64,000 bases of DNA from contig CM022665.1 in the NCBI GenBank assembly GCA_012295275.1, forward strand, positions 20,708,001-20,772,000, given 5' to 3'. Positions 42,873 through 57,320 of the stretch are shown here, one piece after another. This stretch comes from Chrysomallon squamiferum. Taxonomy: Eukaryota > Animalia > Mollusca. The notes below the pieces were generated by a model, which saw only the letters and a list, made by a program, of their open reading frames with translations, had not been told where the DNA came from and did no database searches. Within the stretch, counting starts at the first letter, position 1. The number at the start of each line of letters is the position of its first letter. Both the position numbers and the translations under genes were made by a program.

Positions 42873-43721
42873 TCATGCATAGAGGAGGTGATCCAGAATT
42901 AAAGAAACTACTGTGAAGATTATCATTATGTGGAACATGACTTTCAAAATATATTTTTTAATATATAAAAAAGAAACGAAACAAAACAAAACAAAAAAAG
43001 ATATACAAACAAATAAACAAATAAATAAACAAATATACAAATAAAACAAAACAAAAAACAAAACAAAACAAAACAAATAAAAAGAAGAACCTAGATAAAC
43101 AAAAAAAATGAGTAGATTCTCTGAATCTGAATGTACATATATTCATCCTCAGACTGATAGGACATGCAATGGGTCCTCACTATACATTTCACCTACAAAC
43201 ATCACATTACATCAGCTACAAGTAAGTGATAATATTTCAGTTGACTTCTTTTCTGTTTCACAGCTATGTCAGCTTGAACAGAAAAAAGCATTTAGTGAGC
43301 AGTGTTTAAATACTGCCATGACAGCAATTTTCACTGTTTTCGGGTGGGTTTCTGTATATTTATTTTTATTGTTTATACAGTACAATAAGTTATTTATTAC
43401 ACATTTACTATCATTTGTAAGTGCAACAGAGTATATCTATGTAAGTTAAGTAATTGAAAATTGTGTGTGCCTGGAATGTATGTATCTATGTTATCTACAT
43501 TAATTCTTCTTTATACATTGTTTTGTTATTCATTATCTGTCCATTATATGCTTTGACAATGTGTACTGAGGACCCTCTGTATATCAGTTTGGAATGCAAT
43601 GAAAAAATCAGATATTCAGTTTCTAAAGAACTGTACACTTTTGGCAAAAACCAATTTTTGTTAAGAGAATGTTATATATATATATATATAAATATATATT
43701 TTTTTTTTTAAATTTGACATT

Positions 43722-47024
<3,303 letters not shown>

Positions 47025-47271
47025 GACGGTATTCAAATATACCACGTCGACAAGAAAAAGTAAAACCTAAGTTAATTTTGTATACAGAACAAGACACAAC
47101 AGAGATATTTGTTTATAACTGGTACTCTGTCCGGTTTTATCTGCAGCATTTAGAGCGTAATGTACCAGAAGATAATTGTTGAAAATAGACTAACCGCAAG
47201 TTACCATATAAAACACTGCTACAACAAAAAGTTAAAAGCGTTAGTTTTAAATATCACAGTTATAAATAAAA
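47025..47271. promoter_or_regulatory. Bidirectional promoter shared by DDX18 and the STI1-domain gene
   Basis: Only 247 bp separate the two divergent ATGs. CpGs are locally retained in an otherwise CpG-poor region, and a YY1-like AAAATGGC overlaps the DDX18 ATG. Confidence 0.8.
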
Positions 47272-47377
47272 ATGGCTTCCGGCAAAGAAAACTCACATGT
47301 TGAGAAAATTCGCAAAGATAAAAAAAAGTTGAAACAAGTTATAGCTTTGATCAAAACAGGAGATATTCCACCTTACG
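47272..47377 (+). CDS. DDX18: DDX18 exon 1 ([35 protein letters not shown])
   Basis: ATG in AAAAATGGC context; basic N-terminus; phase-1 donor G|GTAATT that is in frame with exon 2. Confidence 0.8.
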
Positions 47378-50300
47378 GTAATTTTTATTCATTCAAAGAA
47401 TAAAACATTTACGGTATTACAAATATCGAAATTAACCAAACATATGAACATCGTTTTCATTCAGTTTTCAAACATTTAAATTTTATGATTAAAACTATAG
47501 TAACAGTTCTAACACTAACACAGTCAATATATCACATTAAATATTAGTATTTATTACTCTTAATTAGTCATAGTAAGTTAGTTCAATTCATAAATGAAAT
47601 ATAGCTACAACTGAAACGTTTTTAATTTTTAAAATAATAAAATTATATATACCACTAACATAACATTTTAATAATTTTATTATTATTTTATTATTATTAT
47701 TATTATTTATTATTATATCAGCTTTTTAATGAATTATCAATAACTAATTTACAAAAAATACATAGAATAAATCATTAAATTTGATTTATTACAGCTGGCT
47801 AAAAGTCTTGATTACATTGCATTGTTTATAATGTTGTGTCTTAGAAACTATTAACATGGTTTGGAAAAATAACTAATTGATGATGATAATTATCAGAATA
47901 AATACAGTTATTAAAATGTTTATTTGTATCATTTCAGAACTGGGAAAACTGAAGAAAATGAAGAAAAAGATTAAAGAAAGACTAATTCAGTCCATAAATG
48001 GTTTCTCTGAACAAACAGAACAAAACACAGGTATATTAATACTATTATTCAGAAAATAACTTGCTCAACACATCTAAAGAATATATTAGGAAGCAGAGTC
48101 AACATGTACTTAAATAGAATTTAACTGAAGTAATTCAGATAACATTTATACATATATTTGGGTTATTCCACATTTATACATCTAAAATTCTAAGTTATAA
48201 TATTTACACTGCACCAAAAACTTAATATTGATATATAATATTAGGTACCGTCAGCCTAGCCGATATAATTTGGTCGAAGCTTTTAAAATTTCAGATTTTG
48301 GCCATTTTTTCCAGTCCCAAATCCCTCCTATAAATCCTACCATAAAAAACAAATACATGTAACTAAAGATCTTTTGTGCTCTTTTAAATGGTGTTGTTGT
48401 TCTTGTTGTATCTTTAATCAGTTCTTTGTACGAAAGTGTTAAATGCAGCAGGGGTAAATGCACTTTGGCACCTATGGTCAGCAATTAACAGCGTGGAGTA
48501 AAAAGTCCTAAAATAGGTTTGCTCTACAAACGCCTGACTTGTTTTAGCCAAAATGGCTTCAATGTTATTTTTAGCACAGATCGGAGGGTCAAAGTTCAAT
48601 CTTTATAACAGTGTGCATGTTGTCGCTGGCTATCGCTTATATAAAAAGTTGTGACCAAAAATGTACTTTTTGATGCCTTCAAACCAATTTTGAAACAAAC
48701 TGGCTAAAAATGAAACCTGTGTTCACGCGATCAAATGAAAGATCATTCAATTACCTTTCAAACAATGTGCAACACGACGGTGTGTCTTCTTTGGCAAAAA
48801 CAAGCTCTGCATTTGAACGTAGCACGTGTTTAGTGAAATCGCCATTATGTTATGTTTTTTACAGAACGAAATCGCCATAGATTTTATGTACAGCTAGAAA
48901 GGTCTGGCGCTGTTTAAAATGATTATATTAATATGTTTATATTTTTAATAACTTGTTGGTTGTTTGTTTTTCTTCAGTGTTCCTACTTTTATTGTTTACA
49001 TTATATCATGTGCATAGCGAAATCACGTTCTGAAATAAACGAATTAACATTGTTTTGCCGATTACTATCTTCAGTTTAAAACCGTCGATTATTTCGCTTA
49101 AAAAATTCTTGCGATAAACGTTGAATTAAGAATCGTAAACATAAAAAACTATACAACATAATAGAACAATGTATTCAGAGGTATTGATGGAATGCTGAAT
49201 AAAAATCTAATCACTTTTTTTAAAATATAAAATCATAAATTGATCAGCTTTAAAACATTATTTTTGCTTGTTGAGAAAATTTCAACAATGGTCAGATGAT
49301 AGGTAACTTTTGTTTGCTGTCAAATCACAGCAAGTACAAAGCTAAGAAAATTCTATTATGTTTGCTTCAAATGACAGACTTATAACACCTATGTCTTTAA
49401 TTGCCTCTAGTCTCATGATTACATACATTTTATTGTCCCTGATTAATACCTGCAACACCTTTCTGGAGTTGACTCCAAGGATTAGCTGAGTTTATGTATT
49501 GCAAAGGATTATGGTATAAACATCAAATGATTCTAGACCTTTTAAGTAACATTTATATATATATGATATATACACATCACAGTATCTTAACTTACTACTA
49601 CCAATTATTTAATAGAGTGAAAATTGAAGCTGTTCCTGTAAATAAAGTTGTGCTGTTCTATATTAATTGAAAAGGTAATTTTTTTTTATGGGCTTGGCAG
49701 AAAAAATGATTTCTTTTTATTACAAATGTTAGCTTTAAGTATGTCATTTGAAAGATCTTGATAAATTGTTCACAACACAGGTTGAATTTGTCAAATAAGA
49801 ACTTTTAGTCATTCTGCCATGTGTCATTTTGAAGATTTTGGCATGTTTAATGTGTTATTGTGAACACACATACAAACATAAAATTCTGAAAAAAATGAAC
49901 TCATTTAGCAAAGTTGGTACCATCACTCTTGTTGATTTTCAGCCTTTTATGTCAATTACTTTTCAAACTACAGTTGGCCAAAGTAGCCCTTTCTGCTAAT
50001 TAGCCAAAATAGGGCTAAAAATAACCAAATACCTGTCATACTGATTTGCATATATCTTTTTGACCGCTGGAGATAGAGTCACAATGTTTTGCGTGTTTTC
50101 ATTCTTTTTGCTACAGCTTTCATTATGTGATATTTTTTTTGCATATTATGTGAAATTAAAGTCAGAAAAAATTTGCCTGCTGGTACCTAATAATGTCCAT
50201 TTATATGAAATGAGCTGTTTTAAACAAAGTGTTATATAGTATTGTACCAGGTATGTGTAGGCATTCCATTTCAGAACTGTATATTGTTAAAAAAGAAATT

Positions 50301-53300
50301 AAAAAGAAATAAAGCAAAAAAAAGTGAAAATTAAATAAATTCCACTACATTTATAATACATTGCACTAACCTGTGGAATGTTTTCTTAGTAAATTTAATG
50401 TACTGTTATGAATTTCATTTCCTTGAATGATATATACATCTTGATCAACTGAAAAATAACATTGCATATTCAAGTTATTTTCATTTGGTAAATTCATACC
50501 AAATAACTTTTTCCCAAATTGATGAAAAATTAAATTTTTATTAATGTTATTGTTTCATTCTTGATTAAACAGATGATGAATCTGAGGAAGGAGTCTGTGA
50601 AACATCTGAGCGAGACATTAACAATAAAAAAGGAAAGAAAAGAAAGAAGAAACTTGGTGGTGAAGAAAGTAAGTTGATGTTTGTAATTTGTTATGATCAT
50701 TTTATTCAGAATTTATATAATAGGAAACTGTAGAAAGAGTTTTAAAAAATAAAAAAGTAACACTAAAAATACTACTACTACTACTAATAAACAAACAAAC
50801 AACATTTTTATTTATTTATTTATAACAAAAATGGAAAGAATTTTAGCTATTTATCTAGCACAGTTCTTAATTTTAATTTACCTTCCATTTTCAATGATTT
50901 TTGTACTTTTATTCCTTTATTTGCTGGAATGCCAAACAAATATTCCTGAAAAAAAAAAAAAAATAATAATAATAATAATAAAAAAAAAAAATAATAATAA
51001 TAATAATAAAAATAAAAGTCCTAGATAATAAAAAAATATAATTTAAAATTTAAACATGTATATTTTATCTAACTGAGATGAAAATTTAAACATGAATATT
51101 TTATCTAGTTGAGATGAAAAAGGCAAAGACTGATGATGATGAAGAATCTGCAGACAGTAATGATGATGATGGTGAAGATGATGAAGGTGAAGAATCTGCA
51201 GACAGTAATGATGATGATGATGAAGGTGAAGATGATGAAGATGATGATGACAGTAATGATGATGATGATGAAGATGAAGACAAAAAAGAAGATGGTGATA
51301 AAAATGATGGCAACAATGAAAATGATCAAGTTGGAAAAATTGAGGAAAATAAACGTAAGATTTTAAACATTTATTATTTTTAAAAAAAAGAAGAAAAAAG
51401 TCTTCTGTTTTCTCTCATACAGACATATAATTTTCCTACCAGTATTCATGAGAAAAGAAGCATGTTACAAGTCAACTCATTTTTTTCCAGTTCCAGGAAG
51501 CAGTGTTGGAGCAGAGATTGCTCTAGACACTTCGTTTGAGTCTCTGAAGGACAAAGTTGCTAGTCAGACTTTGAAGGCAATACAGGACATGGGATTCATT
51601 CACATGACAAAGATACAAGTGAAAGCTATCCCACATCTACTGGAGGGGAGGTAAATATCAGTCGTATGCTTTTTCTTTCATATAATGTCTTTTAAAACTG
51701 ATTGATTAGGCATCAGTTACAGAATAAAAAAAAAAAGCACAATTTAATTGTTCATACACTCAAAATGATTAAGAATGTAAGGCTGTTTCATCATATATTA
51801 TATTAACTCTACTTATAAACACTTACTGATCTTTAAACATGTTGGTTAAAGTTGTTCCCATTCCTCCCAAAAGAATGATATTTTCTATAGAATGAATTTT
51901 GTTTGTCCTTACTATATACTATCGCTTTCATATTGTTAAAAATCTCTTACTGCATATTTTTTGTTATTATTACTTTTATTTATTTATTTATTTATTTTTT
52001 ATTATTGTCATTAATATTTTTTTCCATTAATTTAGGGATCTGATGGGAGCTGCAAAGACAGGAAGTGGGAAAACACTGGCATTTCTAATCCCTGCAGTGG
52101 ATTTGATGTACAAACTGAAATTCATGCCACGAAATGGGACTGGTTGCATAATTATCTCCCCTACCAGAGAACTCTCCATGCAGACATTCGGAGTTCTCAA
52201 AGAACTGTTAAAATATCACTGCCATACATACGGACTGATCATGGGGGGAACCAGCAGGCAGGAGGAGGCAAAGAAATTGGCTAAGGGAATTAACATCATT
52301 GTAGCTACACCCGGAAGATTATTGGATCATTTACAGGTAAATGATAGGTGAAAATATTTACTTTTATATACCTGGATGGTTATTAAATCATTTACAGGTA
52401 AGTAATGGATCAAATTTTTTATTTTTATGTACCTAGATGATTATTAAGTCATTAACACATAATTGATAGATGAAGTTATTTATTTTTACACCTCGAAGAT
52501 TATTAATTCATTTACAGGTAATGATAGATAAAATCATTATTTAATATTTTACCTGTATCATTATTAAATCATTTGTAGGTAAGTGAAAGGTAAAATGTTT
52601 AAATCATTTAGATGCAGGTGAGAGGTAACATTATTAGTTACATAAGAGCTAAAGAATAAATGTTAATAGTTTTATGTGTACCTGAATCATTATTAAATCA
52701 TTTGCAGGTATTTGATAAATAATACATTTATTATTATACCTGGAAAATCATTAATTCTTAAACAGCTAAATAATAATAAATTAATTATTATATATACATC
52801 ATTTACAGGTGATAGGTAAACAACAGGTAAATGCTGCAGTTAGACATGATTTTTAGGAAAGTGTTCAATTTTGTTTATATATATATATATATATATATTT
52901 ATAGACAAATAAGATAAGATAAATAAATTATTAATACTGTTATACCAGATTATTGTTTTACTGAATGATGATTGATAAATAGAGGTTTATAATCTCTTTT
53001 TTTTTTTCCTTCTCTTTTTTCTTCTTATTATTTATTTATATATTTACATTTTTTAAAAAAAATAAAGTTTTTCTCTTTTTTGGTTTTTATTTTTTAATTT
53101 TTTTTCACAGAACATAGCTAATTTTATTTTTAAAATACAAAGTTTTGTTTTTTCTTTATTTATATTTTCACAGAATTATGCTTACTTTATTTTTAAAATA
53201 TAAAATATTGTTTGTTCTTCATTTTAAATGTTTAAATTATTATTTATTTAGATTTTCACAGAGCACAACTAACTTGATTTTTAAAATATAAAATTTTGTT

Positions 53301-56300
53301 TATAAGATTTAAAGTATTATTGTTTGTTCTTCATTTTAAATGTTTTATTTCTTATTTATTTATTACAGAACACTGCAAACTTTATGTACAAAAATCTGCA
53401 GTGTTTGATCATTGATGAGGCAGACAGAATTTTAGACATGGGTTTTGAAGAAGAAATGAAACAAATTATCAAACTGTTACCAAGTAAGTCATAACTATCA
53501 GTCATAAAATGTTAGCAACAAATCTCAAATTGAGTATCTTGACAAAAAATCTATAAAGAATGAGCATTTGAATGAAACCCATATTCTTCACCAAATGAGA
53601 ATAGCTATGAAAAAATAATTCTTTACAAAATTTTTTTATTTTCCACAACATTAATCAAACGATTATTTCTAAAATATTACAACTCTATGCAAGTTACATA
53701 ATTTTCATTTTTTTTAATACAAAATTATTTTTTCTTTCTGAAAATTAAAGAAATAATGTGAAGTTTTATGTTATTTTGAACTAAGTCAATACATTTAACA
53801 GATTTAATTGTTATTGTTATATTTATTGTTGTTATTATTATTATTATTACTTTTTATTACTGCTATTATCATTATTATCATTACTGTTATTATTATTACT
53901 TTTACTATTTATTGTTATTGTTATTACCCTTATTATTATTATTATCATCATCAATACTATTATTATTATCATCAATACTATCAGCATTATCATTCTTATT
54001 ATCATCAATGCTATAGTCTTTTTATTATTATCATTATTTAAATTAGAAAGAAGACAGACAATGCTGTTTTCTGCGACTCCAACAAGAAAAACTGAAGATT
54101 TAGCAAGAATATCATTAAAGAAGGAACCACTGTATGTTGGAGTGGACGACACCAAAGATGAAGCTACTGTCGAAGGACTGGAACAGGTAAAACAGTTTAT
54201 TGTATGACATAATTACATCAGATTCAATAATCATGCTGTATAGATATATACACACATGCACGCACGTACGCACACACACACACATACATATACATTAGGT
54301 CTACAAATGTTTTCTGTTACAGTGTGGTATTGTATATCATTCTCTATCTCACTCCATTCACATCATTTTTGTTAACCTAAGAGACCAGTGGTGATAGACT
54401 ACTGGATATTTCCATTTTTGATATGAGATCTGATTTATAAAGCACATTCTAAGCACTGCTAAACATTATATTACTTATTTTCTATCCCACATATATCTCG
54501 AAGGTAAATACCAAAATTGGTGAACTTTATTAGAGTTGTTTCCCTTTGAGGTACATGTATAGTGGTTTGTGTCTGAAGATTATTGGATCCTTTGATAAAG
54601 TAGTTTATGTCTAAATTATGTTAGAGTTGTTTCCCTGCAATAGATGTTTTCACAAAGCTAAACAATGGTATTATAAAATTACTGATTTAAAATAGTCATT
54701 TCTAAATAATTACAGAATAATTAATGTTAATATATTTATTTTTTATTGTCTTTCATACTTTTTGTCCCTATCTCCTCTAGGAATAAGTGTCTACATAACT
54801 AAAACCGATTAATACTTAAGATATAAATGATATACAGAATGAGGCAAAGCCTTTCTTTTTATGTATTCACATTTACTGAATGAAATACATACTGTAAAAA
54901 AAAAAATTATATATTTTTTTTTTATAAAATATACAAATAGTTATACAGTATGAAACAATAAAGAAAGGATGTTATTTTCACCACTCAACATGTATTAAAA
55001 TATTTAGTTTAAAATTTGTATACAAATTTTACACTTTAATTCATGTGTTTGTTACTTGAATTAAAAGATGTAAATTTTAATTATTTATTTATTTTATTTT
55101 GTAGTATTTTTATTTTTTTTTTTATTATTATTATTATTATTTTTTTTTTTTGTATTTATTTATCTCATGGGTGTGTAGTGTCAGTTATAAACATGTTTAT
55201 CTAAGATGTGTGTAAGTGAATTAAAATATCAGTATTTTGTTGTTTTATTGGGGTTATCTCAGATGTATGTTAAGTCATTTAATATCTATGTATTTTGTTG
55301 TTTTTTCAGGGATATGTTGTCTGTCCATCAGACAAGAGGTTTCTGCTTCTGTTCACATTTTTAAAGAAGAACAGAAAGAAGAAGGTGATGGTGTTTTTCA
55401 GTTCATGCATGTCAGTGAAGTACCACAATGAACTGCTCAACTACATAGACCTCCCTGTCATGTGTATACATGTAAGTAATCACTCCTTAATTATTTATAA
55501 ATTTTTTTACATTTTTGTGTATTTTTTTAACGTTCGATTATCAATTTGACTGTATTGTCTATGATTGAAATACATATTCCATAACTATTTCTACATCTGT
55601 ATTGTATGTCTAAGTTAATAATTCCACATCTGTTAAAAAAAATTACTATAATTTTGTTAATTTGGATGAATGTTTTATTTTTTAAAAAATGTATTAATCT
55701 TTTTTTTTTTGTATTCTTTGATAATAAATTCTTCTTCATTGTGCATACCTGAAAGTTGATCATTCCTCAATAATGATTTTTTTTATCCTTTTATTTTTTG
55801 GATGAATTTTTAAAAGCAAATTATGAAATTTTTTTTATTCTTTGATTATAACTTTTATAAAATATTTTATATGCATCTAAGTTTATCATTCTACAATTAT
55901 TTCTATCTTTCTTAGAATTTTTTATCCTTTGATTGAAACTTACTATATTCTCTATGTCCATATGTTAATCATTCCATAAAATGATAAATAAACATTTTTA
56001 GTTCATTTTAATGAATTTTTTCAGATTTTTTATTTTATCCTTTGGCTATAATGTTTATTATATTGTATGTGCCTGTAACTTAATTCTATTTCATAATTAT
56101 TTCTACATTTGTTTAAACATTTTATGGGTTTTTATTGTTTCATTGCAACTTTCATTATAATGTTCATATCCATAAGTTAATCATTTCTGCTTTTGTTTCT
56201 AACATATTTATGAATCTTTTTATTATTTACTTGTAATTTTGCTACATTAGCTAAATATATCAACGTAACAATACATGTTTAACTGATAAATCAGAAATTT

Positions 56301-56783
56301 ATTATACATCATAGTGAAAATAAATAGAAAATATTCTGATGTTTTTTCTTCAAAACCTTTTTTCAGCATATTTGACTTTTAATACATTAAATGTTGAGAT
56401 AATAAAAGATGAAAAATTACTGGATCCATACTTCTTTTCACATTATCATAGTTTATTATTTGAAAAGATTAAGTGTTTAGCAACAGGTAAATGAATCCAG
56501 TGTAAATGTATGAAATAATTTATATTGAAATTGAAATTTCATGTAATTTTTTTATTATGATTATCTCTTAACAAAGCATAACTTTATTAACAATAACAAA
56601 ATTATTTATTTTTGTTTCTTTTCTTTTCAGGGAAAACAGAAGCAAGCTAAGCGCACGCAGACATTTTTCCAGTTTTGTAATGCCAAGGAAGCTACTTTGT
56701 TATGCACAGATGTAGCAGCCAGAGGTTTAGATATCCCATCTGTTGATTGGATAGTTCAGTATGACCCACCAGATGACCCCAAG
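47272..56783 (+). CDS. DDX18: ATP-dependent RNA helicase DDX18 / Has1 / pitchoune, 10 coding exons in window, 3' end beyond window
   Basis: Join 47272-47377, 47938-48030, 50573-50668, 51109-51354, 51491-51650, 52036-52336, 53369-53483, 54047-54186, 55310-55471, 56631-56783. All introns are GT-AG and the phases fit one open frame. Motifs: Q (GFIHMTKIQ), I (AKTGSGKT), Ia (PTREL), [12 protein letters not shown] (DEAD), III (SAT), IV (MVFFSS), V (TDVAARGLD). Subfamily signatures: [46 protein letters not shown]. Confidence 0.96.
47938..48030 (+). CDS. DDX18: DDX18 exon 2 ([31 protein letters not shown])
   Basis: TTTCAG acceptor, CAG|GTATAT donor, 93 nt, phase 1-1. Confidence 0.8.
48242..50189. 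mobile_element. Putative non-autonomous DNA transposon (~1.95 kb) in DDX18 intron 2
   Basis: Left end TAGGTACCGTCAGCC versus right end reverse complement TAGGTACCAGCAGGC (12/15). Flanks ATAATAT and ATAATGT are a possible TSD. The interior is complex, free of microsatellites and CpG-rich, unlike the other introns. No transposase ORF. Confidence 0.6.
50573..50668 (+). CDS. DDX18: DDX18 exon 3 ([32 protein letters not shown]), with NLS-like basic patch
   Basis: AAACAG acceptor, A|GTAAGT donor, 96 nt, phase 1-1. Confidence 0.8.
51109..51354 (+). CDS. DDX18: DDX18 exon 4, Asp/Glu-rich disordered region
   Basis: TCTAG acceptor, C|GTAAGA donor, 246 nt, phase 1-1; matches ORF 51114..51383. Confidence 0.82.
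51491..51650 (+). CDS. DDX18: DDX18 exon 5 (Q motif)
   Basis: TTCCAG acceptor, AG|GTAAAT donor; encodes [38 protein letters not shown]. Confidence 0.95.
52036..52336 (+). CDS. DDX18: DDX18 exon 6 (motifs I, Ia, GG, TPGR)
   Basis: TTTAG acceptor, CAG|GTAAAT donor; encodes [13 protein letters not shown]...[10 protein letters not shown]. Confidence 0.97.
52309..52820 (+). repeat. ~61-bp degenerate tandem repeat derived from the DDX18 exon 6/intron 6 junction
   Basis: Units start at ~52309, 52370, 52431, 52490, 52551, 52680 and 52738; consensus ACCTGGA.GATTATTAAATCATTTACAG|GTAA. Confidence 0.8.
53369..53483 (+). CDS. DDX18: DDX18 exon 7 (DEAD motif)
   Basis: Encodes [38 protein letters not shown]; TTACAG acceptor, A|GTAAGT donor. 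Confidence 0.96.
54047..54186 (+). CDS. DDX18: DDX18 exon 8 (SAT motif)
   Basis: Encodes [46 protein letters not shown]; ATTAG acceptor, CAG|GTAAAA donor. Confidence 0.96.
55310..55471 (+). CDS. DDX18: DDX18 exon 9 (motif IV)
   Basis: Encodes [54 protein letters not shown]; TTTCAG acceptor, CAT|GTAAGT donor. Confidence 0.97.
56631..56783 (+). CDS. DDX18: DDX18 exon 10 (motif V)
   Basis: Encodes [51 protein letters not shown]; TTTCAG acceptor, AAG|GTAGAT donor. Confidence 0.97.
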
Positions 56784-57277
56784 GTAGATAGCTCATAGTG
56801 ATTATTTTCAATTCATTTTTTTTTTTAAATATTTATTTGAATTTTTTTTTATTATTCTGTGATTGGAGAGTTCATTGATATATGTATTCACACCATTATT
56901 ACTATTGTTATTATTTACTATTTGTTGATAACTCTGACATCAGTGCTATCTTTTACTATTAATAGTAATATTATTATTGTTATTGTTGTTTTTTTTGTTA
57001 TTATTATCATTATTATTATTATAACTTAGAAAACAAACAATAAGACTTTGCAGTTTTTATATATTGTTAATTTGACAATTTTGTTTTTGCTTTGCTCTCT
57101 AAATATGCATATATATGTTGTTTTTCTTATTTAACATGTATAAAGGTATTTTGAATAAATTGTTTTAAGATTCATAAGAAACATTCTAAATATCTGTAAT
57201 CTCAGCTCAACCAGGAGTAAAACAAAAAATTAAAAACTGTTTTCATTGGTATTCTGAAATGCATTTTAGTGTTTGTT

Positions 57278-57320
<43 letters not shown>

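Noticed and set aside
51101-51366. Poly-Ser, poly-Ile and poly-Met ORFs overlapping DDX18 exon 4
   Set aside because: Antisense or alternative-frame shadows of the GAT/GAA-rich acidic exon.
54530-54640. TAGAGTTGTTTCCCT twice, with related GAGTTATCTC words at ~40248 and ~58972
   Set aside because: Possibly remnants of a dispersed repeat, but too short to define boundaries or family.
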